DNA of 32,000 nt from an uncultured archaeon. Its GTDB lineage: Archaea > Iainarchaeota > Iainarchaeia > Iainarchaeales > CSSED10-239. Positions 8,241-16,183 of the stretch are shown here, one piece after another (within the stretch, counting starts at the first letter, position 1; each line of letters opens with the position of its first letter). The notes beneath the pieces are model-generated. The model was given only the letters and a program-made list of their open reading frames with translations, searched no databases and was not told the DNA's origin. A program made the translations under genes and the position numbers. The DNA lies in assembly GCA_964591795.1 (NCBI GenBank), contig CAZQEL010000006.1:5954-37953 (forward strand), written 5' to 3'.

Positions 8241-9245
8241 TTAACTAATTTTTTTTAAAATTTTCACCATTCTATCATTTACTTCTTTTTTTTCTTTATT
8301 TTGAATATATTTTTTGTGTCTGTTTATTATTTCTTTTTTTGCAGCAGTAATTATTCGTGTTTCATTAATTATTGCTTTTTTAATTGTGTTTATTCCCATA
8401 TCGGTTGGAGAAAAATAATTGTGCATATAATTTTGTTTTGATACTATTTTATTTATTATTTTTTTTAAAATTTTAAAATTTTCAATGTCTCGATTATAAT
8501 TAATTGAAATAACTCCATATTTTTTTAAGTGATACAGATCTATTTGATTTATATCTCCAATATCGGCAGTTGCAGCTTCATAGGCTAGGTTAATAGGGTG
8601 GTTAAGTGGTAGATTAAAAACAGGAAATGTTTCTGATTTAAAATAACCTGAATTAATATTTTTTTTAGAATCCAAATAAATTTGTGCAAGGCAAATACCC
8701 ATTTTTCCTGAATTTGCAACAGGCCCAATAACTATATTTATTTTTTTATTATTATTAATGTATGGTTGTTTAATGTATCCTTCTTTTCCAAGTATTTCAT
8801 TAAGGTCATTTGGATAATTTTTAATTGGTTTTGAAAAATAAACTTTGATTTTTTTCTTTGTAAGTTCTTTTTGAAATATTTTTCCAGAATTTTCATTTTT
8901 GTATCTTGTAATAACTACATCGATTTGTGGAAATTTTTTTTGTAATGTGGTTATTTCTTTTAAAACAAGTTCTTTAAATTTTTGATTGCTGTTATATTCT
9001 CTGCCATTTTCTAAATGTTTTGAAAAAATACAGTATATAACTCCAACATCTTTTTTTAATTTTTCTAAAATTTTAATTTTGGTATTTTTTTTATAATCAA
9101 TTAATACTCTATTAGCATGATAATCATGTAAAAGATGACCTCCAAACTCAAGGTAGGTTTTATCAAAGTGTTTTATTCTTTTTTTAATTTCCTTAACTTG
9201 TAAGTCAATATATTTATTTTCATCAAATGCAATTTTTTTTTTCAT
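8241..9245 (-). CDS. UPF0371/DUF1846 family protein (short form)
   Basis: The N-terminus FDENKYIDLQVKEIKKRI..FDKTYLEFGGHLLHDYHANRVL is characteristic of the family. So are SGYFKSETFPVFNLPLNHPINLAYEAATADIGDINQIDLYHL and INYNRDIENF...SPTDMGIN. It is 334 aa, against roughly 490-500 aa in the bacterial members I remember. Confidence 0.8.
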   Translation of the reverse strand: MKKKIAFDENKYIDLQVKEIKKRIKHFDKTYLEFGGHLLHDYHANRVLIDYKKNTKIKILEKLKKDVGVIYCIFSKHLENGREYNSNQKFKELVLKEITTLQKKFPQIDVVITRYKNENSGKIFQKELTKKKIKVYFSKPIKNYPNDLNEILGKEGYIKQPYINNNKKINIVIGPVANSGKMGICLAQIYLDSKKNINSGYFKSETFPVFNLPLNHPINLAYEAATADIGDINQIDLYHLKKYGVISINYNRDIENFKILKKIINKIVSKQNYMHNYFSPTDMGINTIKKAIINETRIITAAKKEIINRHKKYIQNKEKKEVNDRMVKILKKIS

Positions 9246-9353
9246 AAGTTATATGTATACCCTTATATTTTAAAATAAATCTATTTTTTAATTATTTTAC
9301 TTGTTTATTAAAATTAAATATATTTAAATACATTAACTATTTATAATTATATA

Positions 9354-10271
9354 GTGATTAGTATGAATTATAGATTAGCTTTAATTATTTTATTAGTGTT
9401 ATTAATGACTCCATTTATCTTTTCAGATATTTCTTTAACTATAGATGGTTCATTAAATAATTTTTATATTTCAAATAATTCTTCAAAAAATGTACCTATT
9501 AATCTTATTTCTGATTATTCTGGGTCATTTGGTAATAATTTAAGAGCAGAATATACTTTAGATTCTTTTTCTACTTTAAATAATTTAGAAGTTAGTTTAT
9601 CTAAAAAAGAGGAATATTTTCTATCTAATGTAAACTCTCAAATTTCATTAAATATAAGATCATATAGATTTAATGATCAAAAAATAAAATTAAAAATTAA
9701 AGCTTCATTATTTGATGTTTATAATAATCTTTTAGATTCTAGTTATATTTATGTTGATTTAATTTCAAATAATTCTGAATATGATTTTTCAGGAAGTCCA
9801 AAAAATAAAGTTCCAGAATATAAGGGTTATTCTTTATCTAAAAAAAAACTATTAATTTTAAATCAATTAGATAGTGATAAAATTACTATTACAAACCATA
9901 TTGATAATAAAATTTCTTATGGTACAAAATGTTCTGTAGATAAAGAAGGATTAATTTTAAATTTAAGATATATAGGAAATAACCAATATTCTTTAAGGGT
10001 TAGTATTGATCAAAATAAGTTTGTTGATAAAGATATTTTTACAATTAATTGTGTAGCTTATTATAGAGAAAATAATTTTACTATTAAACCAATTAATGTA
10101 ATATATTTAAATCAAGATTTAAATTTACCTTTAGAAACTGTAATTAAGGAAGATGAATATTTAAATCAAGATTTAAATTTATCTTTAGAAACCGTAATTA
10201 AGAAAGATGAGATTAAAAATAGCGCTATTAAAGATTTTTTTAATAAAATATTAATTAAACTAAAAAGTTAA
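9354..10271 (+). CDS. hypothetical secreted/surface protein with C-terminal tandem repeat
   Basis: 305 aa with an N-terminal signal-like hydrophobic segment (LALIILLVLLMTPFIF). It is rich in N/S with several N-x-S/T sequons. An 18-aa unit YLNQDLNL(P/S)LETVIK(E/K)DE is duplicated. The GTG at 9354 or the ATG at 9363 could be the start. Confidence 0.55.
   Translation: MISMNYRLALIILLVLLMTPFIFSDISLTIDGSLNNFYISNNSSKNVPINLISDYSGSFGNNLRAEYTLDSFSTLNNLEVSLSKKEEYFLSNVNSQISLNIRSYRFNDQKIKLKIKASLFDVYNNLLDSSYIYVDLISNNSEYDFSGSPKNKVPEYKGYSLSKKKLLILNQLDSDKITITNHIDNKISYGTKCSVDKEGLILNLRYIGNNQYSLRVSIDQNKFVDKDIFTINCVAYYRENNFTIKPINVIYLNQDLNLPLETVIKEDEYLNQDLNLSLETVIKKDEIKNSAIKDFFNKILIKLKS
10104..10211 (+). repeat. 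2 x 54-bp in-frame tandem repeat inside the 9354-10271 ORF
   Basis: Unit 1 (10104-10157) and unit 2 (10158-10211) differ at only a few positions and encode YLNQDLNLPLETVIKEDE and YLNQDLNLSLETVIKKDE. Confidence 0.9.
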
Positions 10272-10274
10272 ATT

Positions 10275-10703
10275 TTAGATCTTATCTGCTAATAAATGAG
10301 TTAAAACCCCAATTAATCCTGTAAAAAAGAAAAAAGGATCAATAAATAATAATGGTGTTGAAGCAATCACTCCAAAAATTAAAGAATGAACTGGACCTCT
10401 ATGTTTAATTAATGTTAAAACTATTTCTGCAATTATTAATATTGCTGCTATAATTAATGCAATTTTATCTTTGTTAACTATACTAATTATTGTGAAAAAT
10501 AAAAGAAGTCCCATTATTATATTATTTAATTGTTTTCTTATCCATGAATTGTTCTTATCAATATCCGGAAGAAGAGAATAAATTATAAATATAAAAAAAG
10601 CAATTAATATTTTTGGAGTTTCAAGAGTCATAAAATTAGTTATGATTATATATATTGCAGTAAATATAAATGTTGCAAATAAAATATGACCTAGTTTATT
10701 CAT
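10275..10703 (-). CDS. membrane-bound metal-dependent hydrolase (DUF457/YdjM-like)
   Basis: 142 aa and polytopic. It has N-terminal LGH, then LLPDIDK, HRGPVHSL and C-terminal THLLAD, which is the His/Asp pattern of DUF457. Confidence 0.6.
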   Translation of the reverse strand: MNKLGHILFATFIFTAIYIIITNFMTLETPKILIAFFIFIIYSLLPDIDKNNSWIRKQLNNIIMGLLLFFTIISIVNKDKIALIIAAILIIAEIVLTLIKHRGPVHSLIFGVIASTPLLFIDPFFFFTGLIGVLTHLLADKI

Positions 10704-10764
10704 AGCAGTTTCCTATAAAATATATAACAGATTTATTTATAAAATAATTTTTTTAAATTGTAAT

Positions 10765-11010
10765 TTATTTTTTTATTTCTGTCATGAATTTTTTAAAATT
10801 AAATGTTTTTTTATTAATACTTTCTTTAATAGTTTTAACTAATTCTGGATTTTTATTTAATTTTTTGGATAATAAATTCATATCACCAATAGTGAATCCA
10901 TTGGAGTAAAGCTGTTTTTTTATATTACTTTGCTCTATTTTAGTTAAAATTTCTCTTGTTTTAACTATACCATTTTTATTTTTTATTTTTATTGGTTTTT
11001 TAGCATTCAT
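10765..11010 (-). CDS. hypothetical small basic protein
   Basis: 81-aa lysine-rich ORF with clean spacing to its neighbours. I recognise no family. Confidence 0.4.
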   Translation of the reverse strand: MNAKKPIKIKNKNGIVKTREILTKIEQSNIKKQLYSNGFTIGDMNLLSKKLNKNPELVKTIKESINKKTFNFKKFMTEIKK

Positions 11011-11119
11011 ATTTAGTCCTTTTTTTATTTTTAAAGCTTCTTTTAAATATATTCTGGTATATATTCTTTTAAACCTATAGTTTAATATATTTATATGAGT
11101 AAGTAGGAGTGATTATATT

Positions 11120-11437
11120 ATGTCTGAATTTATAACAGAACTTAACGATAATAATTTTAAAGAAATCATAAAAAATAAAAAAATTGTTGTGGTTGATTTT
11201 TGGGCTGCATGGTGTGGTCCTTGTCAAATGTTTACATCTATTTTTGAAAGTTTTGCAAAGGAAAATAAAGATGTTTTTTGTGTTAAAATAAACGTTGATG
11301 CAGCACCTAAAATTGCTCAAGAAAATGAAATTAGATCTATTCCAACGATAATGTTTATTAAAGATGGAGTTGTTGTAAAAAAAATGGTTGGTGCCATATC
11401 AAAGGATATTATAAAGCAAACAATTTCTCAATTGTAA
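11120..11437 (+). CDS. trxA: thioredoxin
   Basis: 105 aa. It has the active site WAAWCGPCQ and the cis-Pro motif SIPT. An SD-like GGAGTGAT lies upstream. Confidence 0.92.
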   Translation: MSEFITELNDNNFKEIIKNKKIVVVDFWAAWCGPCQMFTSIFESFAKENKDVFCVKINVDAAPKIAQENEIRSIPTIMFIKDGVVVKKMVGAISKDIIKQTISQL

Positions 11438-11472
11438 TTTAAAATTTGAATATTAAAGGAGAAGATTATTTT

Positions 11473-12978
11473 ATGAAATTAAATTTAAAAATAAAAATAT
11501 TGGATATATATGCAAGCTATCCAGTAGTTATTTTACATCCTAGTACAGCAGAACAAATTGGTGCTCAAAATTTAGATCGATTAAAATTAAAAACAGAAAA
11601 AATTAGTTCTGTTTTTGTGATGGATACTTCAAACACATATGTTGATGAACAAACAATTGGAATGTTTAAAGATACTGCTAAAGATTTTAACTTAAAAGAT
11701 GGAGATTTAGTTTTAATAAATTTATTAACTCCACCTCTAGCAATTAAATATGTAATGAATAAAATTAAAAATAAAACTTTAAGTGAAGAAGAAATACGTG
11801 AAATTGTAAAAGATATTGATCAAAATTCATTATCAGAAATTGAATTATCAGCTTTTGTAACTGGTGTTTATATTAATGGTTTAAATTTAGAAGAAACAAA
11901 ACATCTTTGTAATGCTCTTGTTGATATTGGTGATAAAATAGATTTTAACGAAGATGTCATTTTAGATAAACATTCAATTGGTGGAATAAATGGAAGAGTA
12001 TCTATGATATTAACTCCAATTATTGCATCATTAGGGTATAAAATTCCAAAAACAGCATCAAGATCAATAACTTCTTCCGCTGGAACAGCTGATTCAATGG
12101 AAGTATTAGCTCCAGTAAGTTTTGATGTTTCAGAAATTAAAAATATTATTAATACTACAAATGGAGTTGTTGCTTGGGAAGGTAAGTTTGATCTTTGTCC
12201 AGTTGATAACAAATTAATTGATATAGAGCATGCTCTTGGAATTAATCCTGAAGGAATAATGATAGCATCTATTCTTTCTAAAAAGAAAAGTATTGGTTCA
12301 ACTCATCTTATAATTGATATTCCAGTTGGACGTGATGTTAAGGTTAAAAATAAAGAAGATGGTGAACGTCTTGCTAAAAAGTTTATAACTATTAGTAATT
12401 TTTTAGGTATAAATGCACGTGCTGTTTTAACTGATGGTGATAAACCATGTGGATCTTATTTTGGACCTGCTCTTGAAGCTAAAAATATTTTAGAAATTTT
12501 AGAATGTAAATATCAAGATAATGTTTTAGAAAAAGCTTGTCTTTTATCTGGTGAACTTTTAGAGCTTGTTGGACATGCAAAACATGGTGAAGGTTATTTA
12601 CTTGCAAAAGAAGTTGTAACTTCAGGTAAAGCACTTGATAAATTTAAAGAAATTATTAAGGCGCAAGGTGGAAGTATTTTAAAATCAGAAGATGTTCCTG
12701 TTGCTAAAATTAAACAAAATATAATTTTTGAAAAAGCAGGAACTATAAATGGGTTTGATGTTTTAAAAATTACAAATATTGCAAAACTTTTAGGTTGTCC
12801 AAAAGACGTTGAAGCTGGAGTTGTTCTTTTGTATGATGTTGGAGATTCTATTCAAGCAAACGATGCTATTTTTGAGTTCCATGCAAATACTGATGAAAAA
12901 ATAAAACGTGCAATTGATTATTTTAAAGATAATAATCCAATTATTTTTGAAAGTATGATAATAGAAGAGTTTGAATAA
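11473..12978 (+). CDS. deoA: AMP phosphorylase (archaeal thymidine-phosphorylase family)
   Basis: MKLNLKIKILDI...YPVVILHPSTAEQIG is the extra N-terminal domain typical of AMP phosphorylase. It is followed by the glycosyl-transferase-3 core (DKHSIGG, TSSAGTAD, PVGR). I prefer the ATG at 11473, preceded by AAGGAG, over the TTG at 11446 used in the ORF track. Confidence 0.8.
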   Translation: MKLNLKIKILDIYASYPVVILHPSTAEQIGAQNLDRLKLKTEKISSVFVMDTSNTYVDEQTIGMFKDTAKDFNLKDGDLVLINLLTPPLAIKYVMNKIKNKTLSEEEIREIVKDIDQNSLSEIELSAFVTGVYINGLNLEETKHLCNALVDIGDKIDFNEDVILDKHSIGGINGRVSMILTPIIASLGYKIPKTASRSITSSAGTADSMEVLAPVSFDVSEIKNIINTTNGVVAWEGKFDLCPVDNKLIDIEHALGINPEGIMIASILSKKKSIGSTHLIIDIPVGRDVKVKNKEDGERLAKKFITISNFLGINARAVLTDGDKPCGSYFGPALEAKNILEILECKYQDNVLEKACLLSGELLELVGHAKHGEGYLLAKEVVTSGKALDKFKEIIKAQGGSILKSEDVPVAKIKQNIIFEKAGTINGFDVLKITNIAKLLGCPKDVEAGVVLLYDVGDSIQANDAIFEFHANTDEKIKRAIDYFKDNNPIIFESMIIEEFE

Positions 12979-12998
12979 AATTTTTTTATTTGATTTTT

Positions 12999-13793
12999 TT
13001 ATTTTTTAATAACTTTAAAAATAGCTTCAAGTTCAGGAACAGATAATTGTTTAACTTTTTTAAAGTCCATCTTTTCTGAAATTTTGTTTAGTTTTGTCAG
13101 ATCAACAATATCTTTATTTTCTACAGATGCATGTTTTAAACTATTTTTAATATCTTTATTTCCATATCTAAAAATATTTTTAACAAAAAGATTATAGTTT
13201 AAATTATTTATTTTATTATTAGGTATAATTGAAATTATTGCAGATTCTACTTTTGGTTTTGGAAAAAATGAACCCTTGCCAATGTTTTTAATAATTTTAA
13301 TTTCTGAATAATTTTGAACAAGTGCAGTTATTGCCACATAATTTGAAAATCCTTCAAATGCAGCAAGTTTTTCAGCAAATTCTCTTTGAACAACTAAGCA
13401 TGCTGGTTTAGTTGCAAGAATTTTTTCCATTATTTTTAATGATATGGAATATGGAATGAATCCAGCAATTTTATCAAATTTAAGTTTAGATAAATCTACA
13501 TTTAAAAAATTAGAATTAATAATTTCTAAGTTATCAGTATTAATTTCTTTTTTTAAAATTTCAATCATCAAAGGATCTTTTTCAATTGCAATTACTTTTT
13601 TACAAGAAGTTAAAAGTTCTTTTGTTAAAAATCCAAGGCCAGGGCCAATTTCTAAAATAGTTTCTTCTTTATTAATTTTAAGTGTTTCAATAACTTTTTT
13701 AATAATATTATTATCAATTATAAAATTTTGATTAAGCTTATGATCTGGTTTAAAACCATATATAAGCATAAGTTTGTATATATCTTTTATCAT
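12999..13793 (-). CDS. rsmA: 16S rRNA (adenine1518/1519-N6)-dimethyltransferase KsgA/Dim1
   Basis: It has LNQNFIIDNNII, the SAM motif ILEIGPGLGFLT, IAIEKD and IPYSIS. Confidence 0.9.
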   Translation of the reverse strand: MIKDIYKLMLIYGFKPDHKLNQNFIIDNNIIKKVIETLKINKEETILEIGPGLGFLTKELLTSCKKVIAIEKDPLMIEILKKEINTDNLEIINSNFLNVDLSKLKFDKIAGFIPYSISLKIMEKILATKPACLVVQREFAEKLAAFEGFSNYVAITALVQNYSEIKIIKNIGKGSFFPKPKVESAIISIIPNNKINNLNYNLFVKNIFRYGNKDIKNSLKHASVENKDIVDLTKLNKISEKMDFKKVKQLSVPELEAIFKVIKK

Positions 13794-13814
13794 AAGTAAA
13801 GTTGTATTAATGTT

Positions 13815-14348
13815 TTATTTAAAAGGTTTTTTAACAATAAATGGCATTGTAAATAAATTATATTTAATTTCAGCCCCTTCCATAAGCTCATCAATAACTC
13901 TATTTATAATTACTTTTATAGGATCTGGCATCATTTCTATTTTAGTGATTTCCTCAAAAGAAGTAAATTTTCCTTTTTTTCTAATGTGATCTATTATAGC
14001 CATTCTATGTTTTGATCCAATCATAGGAAGTAAATCTAATTGGTGACGTCTTAGGCCAATAGGTTTTGCATTATTAAAAAAGTTAACAAATTTATCTGGA
14101 TTTTCAAGTACAATTGTTTCAATTGATTTTTCTATTTCTTTTTTACCATTTTCAGCAAGTCTATTGTAAGTTATTCTTCTTACAACCATATCTTCAGTTG
14201 ATATTTTTTCTTGATATTTAAATGGTTCAGAAGTAATTATTTCTAATAATGAAAAGTTAGATGTACCAATACAGTGAACAATATCGGTTTGTTTAAATTT
14301 AATTTCTCTTTTCAGTTTATCTAAAACAATTGCTTCTTTTTTTATCAT
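13815..14348 (-). CDS. DUF655 protein (conserved member of the archaeal L21e-RpoF-DUF655-KsgA operon)
   Basis: It has FFNNAKPIGLRRHQLDLLPMIGSKHRMAIIDHIRKKGKFTSFEEI. It sits between rpoF and ksgA exactly as in the conserved archaeal arrangement. Confidence 0.8.
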   Translation of the reverse strand: MIKKEAIVLDKLKREIKFKQTDIVHCIGTSNFSLLEIITSEPFKYQEKISTEDMVVRRITYNRLAENGKKEIEKSIETIVLENPDKFVNFFNNAKPIGLRRHQLDLLPMIGSKHRMAIIDHIRKKGKFTSFEEITKIEMMPDPIKVIINRVIDELMEGAEIKYNLFTMPFIVKKPFK

Positions 14349-14357
14349 ATAACAAAA

Positions 14358-14681
14358 TCACTTTTTACTATATTTTTTTAAAATATTTAATATTTCTTCT
14401 TTTTTTGAATCATCAATATCTTTTTCTTTTTCTAAAATTAAGTTTAATTCTAATCCATTTGGTATTATATCTGTGATTTTAGTTGCAATTTCATCAGATA
14501 ATTCTATATCTAAAAGACTTTTTTTAAGTTTTGCTGAGTTTGCAGGAGTTAATGCTACAAATAATTTTGCATGTTCTAATGTATTTTTTTGTTCAAAGTT
14601 AAGTTCTTTTTCTTTAGATCTTTCAGTTAATACTTTTTTAACTTCTGATAATGTAACATCTTCTACGTATTTGTAGTTCAT
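14358..14681 (-). CDS. rpoF: DNA-directed RNA polymerase subunit F (Rpo4)
   Basis: 107 aa and helical, with the pattern LSEVKKVL...EL..EQK.TLEHAK.F, as in Rpo4/RpoF. It overlaps the L21e stop by 4 nt, so the operon context supports the call. Confidence 0.75.
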   Translation of the reverse strand: MNYKYVEDVTLSEVKKVLTERSKEKELNFEQKNTLEHAKLFVALTPANSAKLKKSLLDIELSDEIATKITDIIPNGLELNLILEKEKDIDDSKKEEILNILKKYSKK

Positions 14682-15013
14682 CTTATCACCCTTTGTAATT
14701 TAGGTTTTGGTGTTTTTGGTATTTGTTTAATTTGTTTAATGTGTACTTTGTCTGTTATTATTTTTTTCTTTAAGTTTCCATCATATATTTCAATAACAGG
14801 AGCTTTTCCTTGAAAGTCAACAACATTTCCAGTTTTACCATACATTCTTTTATGAGGTATACCTTGGTGTTTTGAACTATTAATTATTACTTGAACAGTA
14901 TCTCCAACTTTTACTGGTTTCATAATTTCGTTTACTGTTGTTTTTGCTCTAACGTTTCTTCTTAATAAACTTCTTGTTTTTGATCTTTTTCCTTTTGCTT
15001 TTTTGCAAGACAT
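14678..15013 (-). CDS. rpl21e: 50S ribosomal protein L21e
   Basis: It has KGKRSKTRSLL, VGD.V.V.I..S.H.G.PH.R.YGKTG.V, which is the L21e signature. Confidence 0.9.
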   Translation of the reverse strand: MSCKKAKGKRSKTRSLLRRNVRAKTTVNEIMKPVKVGDTVQVIINSSKHQGIPHKRMYGKTGNVVDFQGKAPVIEIYDGNLKKKIITDKVHIKQIKQIPKTPKPKLQRVIR

Positions 15014-15261
15014 ATATATTACCTTTTTATATTTTTTAGTTATGATTTTTAGTGTAAGTATTAGTATCTATACTAATAAATAACCAAATCTAGTTCTTAT
15101 AAACTATATATATTAATAGAATAGATATGTTTTAAAATAGATTCTTAGGAATTGTAGGGTGTGAATTTTGATTTTATTTATATTTATTTAAAAACCCCTT
15201 TTTAAACATTTCTATTAATTAAATATTTATATCAAATATTATATAAGTAGGTGATCATTTT

Positions 15262-15882
15262 ATGGCATATAAAATACAAAATTTAGTTGCATCTAGTAAT
15301 TTAGAAACAACTTTAGACCTTTATAATCTTGCAGCTGCAATTCCAGATGTAGAATATGAACCAGAGCAATTTCCTGGTGCAATATTTAAAATCAAAGAAC
15401 CTAAAGTAACATTACTTTTATTCAAAAATGGAAAATTAATTATTTCTGGAGCTTCAACTGAAGACGATATTATTGCAGGTATTAAAAAAGCAACGAAATT
15501 AATTAATGAAATTCAAAAAGAAGTTAAAATTAAAAAAGCAGTAAATTATACAATTGTAAATTTAGTTGCTACTTCAAATCTTAATAGACCAGTTGATCTT
15601 TTCCAAGCTGCAGTAACATTAGATGATATTGAATATGAACCAGAACAATTTCCTGGTGCAATAATAAGAATTCATAATCCTAAAGTTACAATTTTACTTT
15701 TTAAGAATGGTAAAATGATTTGTGCAGGTGCAAAATCAGAAGGGGACATTAAAAAAAGTATTACTGCTGTTAAAAAATTACTTGCAGATAATAATTCAAA
15801 CACAGAAGAAACACTTAATGTTAAGAAAGAAAAGAAAAAACCTGTTAAAAAAAATAAACTAATAAAAACAAAGGGTATTTAA
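15262..15882 (+). CDS. tbp: TATA-box binding protein (two TBP repeats plus a lysine-rich tail)
   Basis: There are two direct repeats: IQNLVASSNL...EYEPEQFPGAIFKIKEPKVTLLLFKNGKLIISGA and IVNLVATSNL...EYEPEQFPGAIIRIHNPKVTILLFKNGKMICAGA. An SD-like AGGTGAT lies upstream. Confidence 0.95.
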   Translation: MAYKIQNLVASSNLETTLDLYNLAAAIPDVEYEPEQFPGAIFKIKEPKVTLLLFKNGKLIISGASTEDDIIAGIKKATKLINEIQKEVKIKKAVNYTIVNLVATSNLNRPVDLFQAAVTLDDIEYEPEQFPGAIIRIHNPKVTILLFKNGKMICAGAKSEGDIKKSITAVKKLLADNNSNTEETLNVKKEKKKPVKKNKLIKTKGI

Positions 15883-15885
15883 ATA
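15878..15885 (+). promoter_or_regulatory. TATA-box-like TTTAAATA, putative 5S rRNA promoter element
   Basis: It matches the archaeal TTTAWATA consensus. It is centred about 25 nt upstream of the 5S 5' end and spans the tbp stop codon (15880-15882). Confidence 0.35.
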
Positions 15886-15905
15886 TTATCATTCATAATT
15901 AATAT

Positions 15906-16021
15906 GTTAGCGGCCATAGGGATGGAGAAACACCTGGACCCTTTTCGAACCCAGAAGTTAAGTCTATTGCCGTTTTTATTTGCTGTTAGTTCTTGCTAGC
16001 TGCGATATTAAAGCTGCTAAC
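15906..16021 (+). rRNA. rrf: 5S ribosomal RNA
   Basis: GCGGCCATAGGGATGGAGAAACACCTGGACCCTTTTCGAACCCAGAAGTTAAGTC matches the conserved 5S 5' half. Terminal helix I pairs GTTAGCGGC (15906-15914) with GCTGCTAAC (16013-16021), and a T-run follows. The ends are accurate to a few nt. Confidence 0.85.
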
Positions 16022-16183
16022 ATTTTAAAATTTCTTTTTTTATTTTAAATTTTTATAAATAGATTGTATTTATACAATTTTTATTTTTATTTTTTTCCAA
16101 TTTCCTATTTTTTAAATTAAATATCTTTTAATATATTTCCCTACATAGCTATATAGTAATAAAATTATTTTACGGGAATATAT

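Noticed and set aside
10104-10211. The tandem repeat as a possible CRISPR or minisatellite
   Set aside because: There are only two adjacent units with no spacers. They are in frame inside an ORF and encode a duplicated peptide.
11446-11472. TTG start for the AMP phosphorylase ORF
   Set aside because: The in-frame ATG at 11473 follows an AAGGAG element and gives the family-typical MKL.LK N-terminus. The TTG extension adds 9 residues with no support.
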